From positions 1-64,000 of the IMG/VR virus record IMGVR_UViG_3300035491_000042: a stretch of 64,000 bases of DNA. One strand, 5' to 3'. Made by a program: the position numbers and the translations under genes. Each line of letters opens with the position of its first letter. Within the stretch, counting starts at the first letter, position 1. Shown one piece after another: positions 38,823 through 48,492 of this stretch. The notes below the pieces were generated by a model, which was not told the DNA's origin, searched no databases, and saw only the letters and a list, made by a program, of their open reading frames with translations. This DNA is from a virus (Duplodnaviria > Caudoviricetes).

Positions 38823-39329
38823 ATGGCTAATATTCAAGATGTTCGATCAGTAGCCTCACCTCAGAGAGCTTTCGAATTTGAGGTAGAGTTGCTAGCAAAC
38901 ACCGTAGCAGGCTTGCTACCGATCCTGACGCAACGCGTCGAGTCTGTTAACATCCCAGACAAAACAACCGAGACCATCGAGATCAATTACAAGGGTCAGA
39001 AAACCATTCACGCTGGTCGTGATGCGTCTTCACACTCGGTAACTGTCACTTTCTGGGATACCGAAGAACGAGAAGTGTATCGGTTCTTCAAGAATTGGAA
39101 AGAGAATGGTATCAACAACAGTACCGTTGGTGGTGGTGCCACACGAGACGAATACGCGACGCAGATGCTCATTCGTACTTTCGCTCATGACTCTACTCAG
39201 GTAACCGGTACTCACCGACTAACGCAGGTTTGGCCTACTTCAATTGGTGAAACATCGCTTTCATATGAATCGAGTGAACACATTAAGGTCGAGGTCACAT
39301 TCTCGTACGACACCCAACTGTTCGAGTAA
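38823..39329 (+). CDS. tail tube (gp19-like)
   Basis: SVNIP..I.Y.G...AG, VTFWD, WPTSIG...SY....VTFSYD. Confidence 0.85.
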   Translation: MANIQDVRSVASPQRAFEFEVELLANTVAGLLPILTQRVESVNIPDKTTETIEINYKGQKTIHAGRDASSHSVTVTFWDTEEREVYRFFKNWKENGINNSTVGGGATRDEYATQMLIRTFAHDSTQVTGTHRLTQVWPTSIGETSLSYESSEHIKVEVTFSYDTQLFE

Positions 39330-39354
39330 TAAGGCAACGCTTCCCTTGCGATTT

Positions 39355-39375
39355 AAGCCCCTATGGGGCTTTTTT
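39355..39375 (+). terminator. intrinsic terminator
   Basis: AAGCCCC-TAT-GGGGCTT followed by T-run. Confidence 0.85.
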
Positions 39376-39409
39376 CGTTTCTAAATAAGAGATATAGAGG
39401 TTTTAAGAT

Positions 39410-40009
39410 ATGCCACTTAACATTGTTGAACTAGGTAAGAAACACCTTCGAGAATTACTTCCTGACAGGGCAGAAAACGCTATTGGGTTCTTGGAGCAAT
39501 CGGGTATTCTCAACACATCGATTGTTGTTAACGACAAGACAAAAGAACCACAGCGCGGATATATGTGGGAGGTCCATTTTCGTGACACACAGGGACGAGG
39601 TGAGTTTATTAAGCTATATGCAAAGAACACTAACATCCCTGCGAGTATAAATGAGAACGTAAAGCGTATGTATGCTGGGGTTGAATATAGTTACTCAGGT
39701 AGGGACACTTCACCTCGTGTGTTTCGTGTGACTTTCTGGGACAACCAAGAACAGGATGTTTATAACTATTTCGTTGCGTGGTTTGACTCTATGCAGCAGG
39801 GAAGATCGCGAAGAAAGGTAAACCCAGTAAACTATCAGCGAGACATTACACTACAGTTAAAAGACAGCCTTGGTATACAAAACGGAAGCACAATAACACT
39901 TACCGATGCATACCCAACAGAAATTGGTGATGTACCACTGTCATATTCAGATAGTTCTGAATTCACATTTGATGTTATGTTTAGCTACCGCAATAAGGAG
40001 ATAAGTTGA
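39410..40009 (+). CDS. tail tube-like protein (second paralog)
   Basis: VTFWD, YPTEIG..LSY..FDV.FSY. Confidence 0.7.
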   Translation: MPLNIVELGKKHLRELLPDRAENAIGFLEQSGILNTSIVVNDKTKEPQRGYMWEVHFRDTQGRGEFIKLYAKNTNIPASINENVKRMYAGVEYSYSGRDTSPRVFRVTFWDNQEQDVYNYFVAWFDSMQQGRSRRKVNPVNYQRDITLQLKDSLGIQNGSTITLTDAYPTEIGDVPLSYSDSSEFTFDVMFSYRNKEIS

Positions 40010-40926
40010 TGAGTACTATCGAAGACGCAATCGCCAGAAAGTATCAGCAACTACCGCAGTTCGACTATATGTGGCGTGTTGAGCTCCCTGAGCTAGGGAG
40101 GGAGGGGTTTATGGACCCATTCGGTGTAACTGCACTAAACTGCTCGCCAGACGTCGCAGAGTTCATTACAGGCGGTTTTGGTGGTGGTGCCCTATCTACA
40201 TTTGCATCAGGTGTTCGGAGATTGGCAAATACTGTGACTGCTGCTGTCGGTAATGTGACTGAACGTTTCGGCTTTCCAAATCCACTTGCTGGGAGAAGCT
40301 TCGAGTCTATTGGTCGCTCAACGTCGCTCAAGACCGAACGACAAACCGATATGCTTAATCACCGAGTCTTCTCGATTGATACACCGTACAAATCATTTGA
40401 GGTGACTAAACACACATTTGGTCAGAGTTTCTTCTACAACGCCGGAACAAATGACATCGGGTCGATGTCGATGCGTATTGACGAGTATGAAGACGGTGCG
40501 ACATTAGACTATCTTCTCCAGTGGCAGAAGCTAATACAGAACAGCGACGGGACACACAACCCGCCTGCTGCATATAAGAGAGATATTCGGTTCATCAAGA
40601 TGGCGTCAAGTGGTATCGACTTGCACGTAACGGTTTTTCGTGGATGTTGGCCTAGTGAGATTTCAAACTCATCGTTTAGCTATGATTCCAGTGCCATTTC
40701 TCAGGTAAACGTTACGTTCTCTGTTGATGGGGTAGAGCATTTCATTATCCCAGCGTCACAAGTTATCTCTGCTGTTGAGAGCGTACAAGGTGACATCCTG
40801 AATGGTATCGATATGGGTAGGAGCGGTGACTTTACTGGCATCATAAATACTAATAACCTAAAGAAAAACCTGACGACTGCGGTGGTTTCAGAAATCAGTC
40901 GACGTGTCAGTAAGTATTTCTTTTAA
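40006..40926 (+). CDS. tube-fold baseplate/tube initiator (gp54-like)
   Basis: WPSEIS..FSY...VTFS tube-fold motif; synteny. Confidence 0.55.
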   Translation: MMSTIEDAIARKYQQLPQFDYMWRVELPELGREGFMDPFGVTALNCSPDVAEFITGGFGGGALSTFASGVRRLANTVTAAVGNVTERFGFPNPLAGRSFESIGRSTSLKTERQTDMLNHRVFSIDTPYKSFEVTKHTFGQSFFYNAGTNDIGSMSMRIDEYEDGATLDYLLQWQKLIQNSDGTHNPPAAYKRDIRFIKMASSGIDLHVTVFRGCWPSEISNSSFSYDSSAISQVNVTFSVDGVEHFIIPASQVISAVESVQGDILNGIDMGRSGDFTGIINTNNLKKNLTTAVVSEISRRVSKYFF

Positions 40927-40940
40927 AAAGGAGAAAACAT

Positions 40941-41786
40941 ATGACGAAGAAAAAAAGCCTGACTAGCCAGATGTTTGTTGAAGATGACGAACTCACAGTC
41001 GATGTACAAAAAGAAGAAAGTGTTACAGAAGAACCAACAACTGCACCTGCTGATGCAAACTTGGTTGAACTCCCATCAAAAGGTCTTCTTGGCTACCCAG
41101 CAACTATTGAGTACCGAGAGATGATGGTTTCTGATGAAGAAATCTTGGCTGGTGCTACTGAACAAACATATTCTAGAACACTCAATGGCGTTCTAAAGTC
41201 TGTTCTGAATAACTGTCCTTTCTATGAGAAACTAACACTCATCGACCGTGATTGGGCACTTATTTGGGTATGGGCAAACAACTACACCGATATGAAACGA
41301 GTTTCGGTTGATTGTTCTCATTGTGGTACTAAAAACGAGCATGTTGTTTATTTGAGCAAACTCCAAAGTACTCCCATCAAGGAGAGTATTGCAACTCGCA
41401 ACCCTATCCAAATCCCGATTGAGAAAACGGGTGGTTTCGTTGAAGTTCGGTTGAATACTGTTGCTGACGAGATGTTTGTAGAAGACTACATGATCAAAAA
41501 CAAAGACGCGAAGTGGGATTTTCTCATGCTGTGTCGCTCTATTAGTCTCGGTCGTGATATTCCTTTTGACGTCAAACTCAAGTGGATTCGAGAGAATATC
41601 AGTGCGAAGGAGTTTGGGCTGATTCGTAAATACCATACACACTTCTCGTATGGAATCAACCCAACCATTGAACACAAATGCGACGCGTGTGGTGGGGTCA
41701 CGCATGGTCTTGTTCCCTTTCAAGCAACCGATGTTCTGTACCCCGTCGTATCGGACGATTTTGCACACGAGCTATTTGGCGACTAA
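40941..41786 (+). CDS. baseplate hub assembly chaperone (gp26-like)
   Basis: LPSKG, M..DE.IL, CxxC twice. Confidence 0.7.
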   Translation: MTKKKSLTSQMFVEDDELTVDVQKEESVTEEPTTAPADANLVELPSKGLLGYPATIEYREMMVSDEEILAGATEQTYSRTLNGVLKSVLNNCPFYEKLTLIDRDWALIWVWANNYTDMKRVSVDCSHCGTKNEHVVYLSKLQSTPIKESIATRNPIQIPIEKTGGFVEVRLNTVADEMFVEDYMIKNKDAKWDFLMLCRSISLGRDIPFDVKLKWIRENISAKEFGLIRKYHTHFSYGINPTIEHKCDACGGVTHGLVPFQATDVLYPVVSDDFAHELFGD

Positions 41787-41922
41787 GGTTCTCAAGCTCC
41801 AGCCGTCTGAGATACGTAGCATGTCTGTGTCGAAGTTTAACTTCTACCTTGAGATGCTTGTCGAGGACATACGGAAGAAAGACCCTTTCATACTGCCCCC
41901 ACAACTTCTGAAGATTTCATAA
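41761..41922 (+). CDS. small gp51-like/chaperone extension ORF
   Basis: LKLQPSEIRSM...FYLEML motif; start uncertain (TTG or frameshift). Confidence 0.45.
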   Translation: MHTSYLATKVLKLQPSEIRSMSVSKFNFYLEMLVEDIRKKDPFILPPQLLKIS

Positions 41923-41950
41923 TCTTCAGAAGTTTTTGTCGTTATAAATA
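41903..41950 (+). terminator. 14-bp perfect hairpin/terminator followed by late promoter
   Basis: AACTTCTGAAGATT-TCAT-AATCTTCAGAAGTT; TATAAATA at 41943-41950. Confidence 0.75.
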
Positions 41951-41981
41951 ACACTGTAAACCTCAGAATAGGGTAAAAACA

Positions 41982-44144
41982 ATGAATCAAAACGTTAACG
42001 AACAAGTAACTCCCGACTTCGGTGCAGGAGACGCACTTCTCGATGCTCTCCTAGAGAGTGGTGTTATTAAAGAATCATCGCACTCGCTGATCCTAAGCCA
42101 CCAACTTATCAACGAGAGTAAGGAGAATACACCTACATCGTACGTTCACAAAGGACGTCGTATTAGCTGGGAGCTCTTCAAGGCGATCTACACTACATAC
42201 GATGATTACCAGACTATTCAGTCTATTTGGGATGCGCTTGGGTACAAACCAGAGTGGTTTGAACCGGGTCCAGAGGCTAAAAGTCAGACCCGCGAAGGGA
42301 ACATGCGTAAGTCACTAGACCGTATTATCACCTACTTCAAGACAAACAACGCTGATGCTCGAAAGATTCTGGTTCCATACGGAAGTCGGATGAAGGCATA
42401 CTCTCGTCACTCACAAACTCCTCTTGGTAGTGAAATCGACGACGACGGTGATTTTGACTTTGATCCTTATCGCGAGAGACCAACACGGGACGAATCCATC
42501 TTCCCCGGTGCACGTGGACGTCGTAACCGTTCGACCCAGATCATTGATCGTATTAACTCTCAGGAGCTTATGCCCGGTCAGTTCTATTCTGATTTTACGC
42601 GTATCCCACCATCTAGATGGGGTAGCTGGCTGCGATTCTGGGAACGGGACGTAACGTCAGTGAAGCATGACAAGAGTCTCTTCGGTCGCACATGGAAGAA
42701 GTTTTTCGTTCTTGGGTATCAGTTAGAATCCAACTTGATGTACGAAATCTGGTACAACAGTATCGACTCTACGTTCACAATCCACGATTTTCGTGGTAAC
42801 CAGATGCTGCGAAAGTTTCCTTCACTGAGCGAAGCAATCAAAGGTGTGTTCAACGCTGTTTCGCAGGCGTCTAATCGTGACAGTGAAGTTTTCACTTCAA
42901 TGAACAACCAGATTGCTCTTTCTGTCGGTCGCGCAATGGCTAATGGTCTTGATCCGTTTATTGATGACGTTCAGCGTCTTGAGAAGAAGGAACATGAGGA
43001 AGCAGAAGCTAAGAGACTTGAGGCTGAGAAGAAGCAGAAAGAAGCTGAAGCTGAAAAGATGCGGTTGAAAGCTGAGATCAAGAAACAAGCTGCTGCAAAC
43101 CGTGCTGCTTGGTCGAAGCAGATGGAAGAAGACCGAGAAGAAGGTATTGAGCAAATCAATCGTGTGAAGGAAAAGGCTGCTGATCTAGCAACTCAGTTTG
43201 GTCACCATGCTGCCGATGCTATGTTGAAGGCATATTCAACCGGTCGTGTGAATGCTGAATTCTTTGCCAAGAAGACTTCCGAGATGATGGGTATCTTTGG
43301 TACTCAAGAAGAACGTGAGATTCGCGCTCGTTTCGTAAGCGGAGAGATTGGTATTGACGACTATGTCCTTGAGGTTCGTAGTCTTGCTGCAAAGATCAAA
43401 GGTCAGAAAGCCCGTGAGGCTGCTGACGAGTTTCGTAAGAAGAGCGAAGACCTTGCGAAACAAACGTCCACTCCGGCTAAGAAAGCTCCAGCTAAGAAAG
43501 CAACGACTAAGAAATCTTCAGCCGTTTCTGTTGTTGATAAAGCCGTTGCAAAGCGGAATGGGAAGATTACTGAGGGGTTTGATTTCAAATACCTGATGGA
43601 AAACTTTGAAAGCTTTGAAGCACAAGAAGAGGCGGTCGATGATGTCGTAGACAGTAGTGGATATATGGCTGGTATTCGGAAGCTTCGTAAAGAGGCTACC
43701 GGTTCGCAGACCCAGAACGCAGTTCGCGGATCAATCAACTCCGAGCTGATCGAAACTTACACAGCAACCCGTGTCAACGAATCGCAGTTTGCTGGTTGGT
43801 TTAGCCGTTGGTTGAACGTGGGTCGTAAAGACCCCGTTGTTCTCCCCACTGATAAACGATCATTCTGGAACCGTGCAAAGATGTTTCTCAGTGGGCAACG
43901 CTACCAAGCAGACTTCATCGTTGGGTTCAGTCTTCGTGGTGCTGTCAATATTGAGATTTGGTATGTTACAGAACCAAACCCAGAATATGCGTTGACTGAC
44001 TTCATCTCTGGCGAGTCAAACATCCATCCGGTTGTTTCGACGTTCTATGTTTTTGATGTAACGAGTGGTCGCTTACTTCGCAAGTTCATCCCGTACTACA
44101 GAAATGCAGTACAGATCGCTATGGCGAAGATTTCAGCTCTATAA
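41982..44144 (+). CDS. large late virion-associated hypothetical protein
   Basis: Own TATAAATA promoter; coiled coil; two similar FxxG(Y/F)xL...EIWY...STF segments. Confidence 0.7.
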   Translation: MNQNVNEQVTPDFGAGDALLDALLESGVIKESSHSLILSHQLINESKENTPTSYVHKGRRISWELFKAIYTTYDDYQTIQSIWDALGYKPEWFEPGPEAKSQTREGNMRKSLDRIITYFKTNNADARKILVPYGSRMKAYSRHSQTPLGSEIDDDGDFDFDPYRERPTRDESIFPGARGRRNRSTQIIDRINSQELMPGQFYSDFTRIPPSRWGSWLRFWERDVTSVKHDKSLFGRTWKKFFVLGYQLESNLMYEIWYNSIDSTFTIHDFRGNQMLRKFPSLSEAIKGVFNAVSQASNRDSEVFTSMNNQIALSVGRAMANGLDPFIDDVQRLEKKEHEEAEAKRLEAEKKQKEAEAEKMRLKAEIKKQAAANRAAWSKQMEEDREEGIEQINRVKEKAADLATQFGHHAADAMLKAYSTGRVNAEFFAKKTSEMMGIFGTQEEREIRARFVSGEIGIDDYVLEVRSLAAKIKGQKAREAADEFRKKSEDLAKQTSTPAKKAPAKKATTKKSSAVSVVDKAVAKRNGKITEGFDFKYLMENFESFEAQEEAVDDVVDSSGYMAGIRKLRKEATGSQTQNAVRGSINSELIETYTATRVNESQFAGWFSRWLNVGRKDPVVLPTDKRSFWNRAKMFLSGQRYQADFIVGFSLRGAVNIEIWYVTEPNPEYALTDFISGESNIHPVVSTFYVFDVTSGRLLRKFIPYYRNAVQIAMAKISAL

Positions 44145-44154
44145 GGAATAAGAA

Positions 44155-46101
44155 ATGGCGTTTGACAATGACGAAAAGGAATATCTCCAAGCACTAGGTA
44201 TCTTTGGGGCACGACGTGCCCTAGAGATGCAGTCTGGTGATGACCGAATTACCGAGTACCGTCGCATGGAATCGATGCAGAACATGCTCTCGCGTATGGA
44301 GTTTCCAGTCGTCGTTGAAGGAATTGACGACCGTACTGCTGAGCGATTTGCGAGTGTGATGACTTCACACGTGCAGCGTGTACGCCTCACTGGGGTATTG
44401 GGCGATCTTATCCACCCATTCATGGATCGGCTGCGTGGTCTTCAGGACGAGAGTAGTGAGATGCACATGCGCAACCACTATGAATCGTCTCTGTACGCCA
44501 GTAAGATGCTGAGTGCCCTTCAGCGTATGGAAGCGGCTGGACAGGCGCAGGAGCGTGGTATTTATCTGGCTATTCGTGAATTCCAGATGAATCCGCTACT
44601 GAAAACGCTCAACGTCTCGATGCGAGCGATTCGTGGCTCACTTAGCTTGGCATTTGGTGTTGCGTTCGGTTTTAAGAAGCGCAAGTCAGATACAGATCGT
44701 ATCGTTGATGCGATCAAGGAGCAGACCGAATGGATGATGGAAGGACAGATCAGCCAGCAACAGGGAATCTTTACACGTCTCTTTCGTCAGGGTCTCATCG
44801 GTTTCAGCGCTAGAACATTCGGAGCATTAGGTGCGGGTGCTCTTGGTATCGGTAGAGATAGGGCTCAGGACGCCGAGAACCGCCGCTCACGAGGTGAAGA
44901 GACAAACTTCGGGGACGCGGTGAGTCGTTTCCTTTTCCGCAACACAATCACTCGTAGGGGACGTATGAACCCATTCGGTGGGGGTTCTATTGGTTTTGGA
45001 GAAGACGCGCAGTTTGAAGAACTTGGTGGGGTTAACATTTATCAAGTCGGTGACCGGGTAACACATCGTCTACTTGGCGACACGTTCAAACATATCAGTC
45101 GATACGACGAGCGTCAGGAGATTCTTGCTATTGAGGATAACAGCAACTTCCAAGCAATCCGAAAGTTCACAAAGGAAACCAAAGAAGAGGTTCGTAAACA
45201 TCGTCGTCAGGCATTTTGGCAAGGGATGCTCAACATCGGTGCAAACGTCATTCGTGGTATTGGTGGTCTGGCACTGAAGGCTGTCAGTCTCATTGGTGCG
45301 CTAGCACCGCTGGCTAAGCTTGGTGGGGTCATTCTCGGTGGTCTCGCCGCACTGGGTACTAGGATCGTGACTGCGATCAGAACATCTCGTCTTGGGTCTC
45401 CGGGTGGTGATGGACCAGATGGCGGTAGAAGAAACAGGCGTGGTGGTGGAAGAAACCCGCGCGGTGGTGCTGGTGGTGCTGGTGGAAGACCCCCGAGTGG
45501 TTCACCGCGCATTGGTGCTGGTCGTTTCGGACTTGGATTTGGTTCTCTACTTGGTTTTGGACTTGGACTTGGTGCTGACTACGTCGGAAGAGATACTGGT
45601 GCCGGTGCTGCTCTGGACGTTGCTGGTAGCACACTAGGATATGCAAGCACTGGAGCTCTCCTTGGTTCATTCATACTACCGGGTATCGGGACGGCGGTTG
45701 GTGGTGTCGCTGGTGGGTTGCTTGGTCTTGGTCTTGGTGCATACAATAACAGGGAAACCATTTTTGGCCCATCTCCAACGGAAATTCCGTACTCTGGGTC
45801 TCCTATGGCTGTTCCTAACCAGAATGGTCCTGTTCGTTATGGCTCCACCATGCCTAACTATGAAGATGTGCTGAGCTCTGCGCATCAAAAGAACATCGAG
45901 ACCCTTATCAACGAGACCTCGCTTCAACGCGATGAGAGTATCCCTGAGATGGTTGACCTGATGCGTAATCAACAGAATATTAACAAAGAACAGATGCGCA
46001 TACTTGAGCGCATCGCTAATAACACTGAAACTTCACCATCTGGTAGTGTTTTTGATGGTGTTACAGATGCAGAGCTCATGAGAGCTATTGGTGGGAGATA
46101 A
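44155..46101 (+). CDS. tape measure-like protein
   Basis: Helical, Gly-rich hydrophobic segments; position before baseplate genes. Confidence 0.6.
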   Translation: MAFDNDEKEYLQALGIFGARRALEMQSGDDRITEYRRMESMQNMLSRMEFPVVVEGIDDRTAERFASVMTSHVQRVRLTGVLGDLIHPFMDRLRGLQDESSEMHMRNHYESSLYASKMLSALQRMEAAGQAQERGIYLAIREFQMNPLLKTLNVSMRAIRGSLSLAFGVAFGFKKRKSDTDRIVDAIKEQTEWMMEGQISQQQGIFTRLFRQGLIGFSARTFGALGAGALGIGRDRAQDAENRRSRGEETNFGDAVSRFLFRNTITRRGRMNPFGGGSIGFGEDAQFEELGGVNIYQVGDRVTHRLLGDTFKHISRYDERQEILAIEDNSNFQAIRKFTKETKEEVRKHRRQAFWQGMLNIGANVIRGIGGLALKAVSLIGALAPLAKLGGVILGGLAALGTRIVTAIRTSRLGSPGGDGPDGGRRNRRGGGRNPRGGAGGAGGRPPSGSPRIGAGRFGLGFGSLLGFGLGLGADYVGRDTGAGAALDVAGSTLGYASTGALLGSFILPGIGTAVGGVAGGLLGLGLGAYNNRETIFGPSPTEIPYSGSPMAVPNQNGPVRYGSTMPNYEDVLSSAHQKNIETLINETSLQRDESIPEMVDLMRNQQNINKEQMRILERIANNTETSPSGSVFDGVTDAELMRAIGGR

Positions 46102-46103
46102 CA

Positions 46104-46895
46104 ATGCAGCGTAAGATGTCGGAGTTGTCCAGTAAACACAAGATTGTCTTGTCATCTGGAACAAGAAAGGTGGAAGCTCCACTTCCACCTGACTTTGGTT
46201 TTACTGTAGGCTCTGAGTATACAACTCCATTTGATGTGGGGAACATTTCTGGTAATATCCAGAAACTTTATGCCGTGTTAGGTATTTCTAACCCGGTAGG
46301 TCTTCGCATGCGTAAATTATATGCGAACCCAGAACCAAGTGAGATTTCTTTTGACATGGAGTTTGCTGCTTATTACTCTGCTAAAGAAGAAGTCGTTCTT
46401 CCTATTGTGACTCTTCTTATGATGTCTCTTGGGCACGTAACAACTAATGCGGACATTGAGGCTTATATTAAGAGGTTTGCAGACTTGGCAGCTAAGGGTA
46501 TTGCGTTAACCGGTGAGGCTGCTGAGACGGTGGAACTTTTGAGTGGCGGTGCGGCAGATGCAATCAATTCTGGTGCTACATATACTGAAGGTGCCGTCGA
46601 TACAGCTACCGACGTCGCTACCGAGACCCTGAATAATGGAACGGTGTCTGCTGTTACTGGGTCGATACTAGACTTGATCAACCTCATCTCAGCGCCTGAA
46701 CCATGCATCCTTCGGTTTGGCGACTTCATTACACTGCCAAAGGTGTTTGTGACGAGTACGGCTGTTCAGTTCTCTAATGTTCTGGACAAAGATGGGTATC
46801 CTATGAGCGGAACGGTTTCCGTGACATGTGTACCGCAACTGGCGATTCTTGCTGATGATATTGGACCGATGTTCGGTTCCATTGTGGGGGTATGA
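46104..46895 (+). CDS. baseplate-tube junction protein (gp48-like)
   Basis: SFD..F, P.PC.L.FG, V.F...D.DGYP motifs; synteny. Confidence 0.5.
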   Translation: MQRKMSELSSKHKIVLSSGTRKVEAPLPPDFGFTVGSEYTTPFDVGNISGNIQKLYAVLGISNPVGLRMRKLYANPEPSEISFDMEFAAYYSAKEEVVLPIVTLLMMSLGHVTTNADIEAYIKRFADLAAKGIALTGEAAETVELLSGGAADAINSGATYTEGAVDTATDVATETLNNGTVSAVTGSILDLINLISAPEPCILRFGDFITLPKVFVTSTAVQFSNVLDKDGYPMSGTVSVTCVPQLAILADDIGPMFGSIVGV

Positions 46896-47212
46896 CAATG
46901 TCGATGACAATCAGGAAATACTTCTTTGATGAAGTTGAAGTGAATGGAAACAAAGAGATTGACTACCTATCAACTCGACTTACTGGTATGTCTCTCAGTA
47001 CAGTAGATACCCATAGGGTAAGTGCTGTAACGGCTGGTAGGCTTGATTTGATCTCAGTGATCTTCTACGGGACGTATGACCTTGGGTGGCTCATATGCGA
47101 ACACAATCAACTCAAAGACCCTGTCGGAGATGTGTTCGTTGGGAGAGTTTTAAAAATTCCTTCAATCACAGAATACTATCAATACTATAACAGAAACACA
47201 AGGAAGGTTTGA
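46892..47212 (+). CDS. LysM-like baseplate wedge protein (gp53-like)
   Basis: RLDLIS..FYG...LGW.I...N...DP......G..LKIP. Confidence 0.8.
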   Translation: MTMSMTIRKYFFDEVEVNGNKEIDYLSTRLTGMSLSTVDTHRVSAVTAGRLDLISVIFYGTYDLGWLICEHNQLKDPVGDVFVGRVLKIPSITEYYQYYNRNTRKV

Positions 47213-48492
47213 TGAAAACATTCGAGATTTTCTCTCAGCTTATATGGGTCGGCTCTTCGACTGAGTCTATCTTTGTTCGCCTCTCCTGTAATCAGGATAT
47301 TGGTCTGAAGAGCATTACTGCTGAGTCGATGGAAATCGTTGAGTCTTTTTCAATTGCCTCTCCTGCTGTTTCTTTTGAGTTCACAGATGGGAACGGTGAT
47401 TTTGTCAACCATATAAAACCCAACCCATCAACAACGTTTTATCTTGATATTGGTCGAAGCATAATTGACACGACCCGAATCAGTTTGAAGTGCGTAAAAC
47501 TTGTGATGCTGAACAAGAAAGCCGGGTCAGCAGAACAGATTGCGTTTAAGATGTTCTTTGCTCATGAGAGCTGGGACACCATGACGAGTATTCGTAGAAA
47601 CCGTGGCTGGGCAAACACAAAACACACTGACATTGTTCGTGAGATTGTTGCGGATGCCGGGTATGACTTAACTGATATTGCTGATGGGTCATCAAAAGAA
47701 GAATACACCATCCAGCCGTACTGGGATAACATTAAGATGATCCGTTACCTTCAGATGTCAAATAGAAGCCCAAATGGTGGACATACTGAGTTCGGTATGC
47801 GGCTGAATGGGGAGTTTGTCTTCAAGACAACTGGGGATATGATTGTTGAGCAACGCACATCAGCAATCAACCGAGAACTTCCTATCATCCGGCTGGAAGG
47901 ACAGATTTCGGATGAGAGCACTCGTAAGACTGCGTATGATAACAACTACGGGGTTCCTACATACTTTGCTCACTTCTCTGCGTCCGAAAGATACATGGAC
48001 GCGGTTCGTAACGGTGGTGGTGGTTACAAAGCCATGCAGTATGATTCGATAAGCGACGTTCTGAACGTCAGGGACGTAAAGTATTCAACCAGCCAAACCA
48101 TTCAACTGTCGGACTGGGCTGCTGTTCAGACTGTTCATGAAACCTCCAATATCATGTGGTATGGTGGTAGGGATGCGAGTGTCTTTGATGATGCTTTGAA
48201 CGATGTAGTTGATATCGTAGACTCGATGAATACCTTTGAAATCTCGATGGATGGTGCGGTTGATCTGCATATTGGGAGATTAGTCGAACTGATTATCCCA
48301 GTACCAATTAACATCGGCTCTCTCATCCCCAGCAACCTTCTGTACTCTGGGTTCTATCTTGTTTCCGGTGTCCAACACAAAATCCGTTTCTCAAGCGGTA
48401 GAGTTGGTACTCAAGTATTCCTTATGCGCGAAGGGTTCGACACCAAGAACCTAGACGGATATATAAAGAGTCTAAAAGGGAAATTCGTATGA
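47209..48492 (+). CDS. baseplate hub (gp27-like)
   Basis: SGFYLVSGVQH C-terminal motif; precedes gp5. Confidence 0.65.
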   Translation: MMKTFEIFSQLIWVGSSTESIFVRLSCNQDIGLKSITAESMEIVESFSIASPAVSFEFTDGNGDFVNHIKPNPSTTFYLDIGRSIIDTTRISLKCVKLVMLNKKAGSAEQIAFKMFFAHESWDTMTSIRRNRGWANTKHTDIVREIVADAGYDLTDIADGSSKEEYTIQPYWDNIKMIRYLQMSNRSPNGGHTEFGMRLNGEFVFKTTGDMIVEQRTSAINRELPIIRLEGQISDESTRKTAYDNNYGVPTYFAHFSASERYMDAVRNGGGGYKAMQYDSISDVLNVRDVKYSTSQTIQLSDWAAVQTVHETSNIMWYGGRDASVFDDALNDVVDIVDSMNTFEISMDGAVDLHIGRLVELIIPVPINIGSLIPSNLLYSGFYLVSGVQHKIRFSSGRVGTQVFLMREGFDTKNLDGYIKSLKGKFV

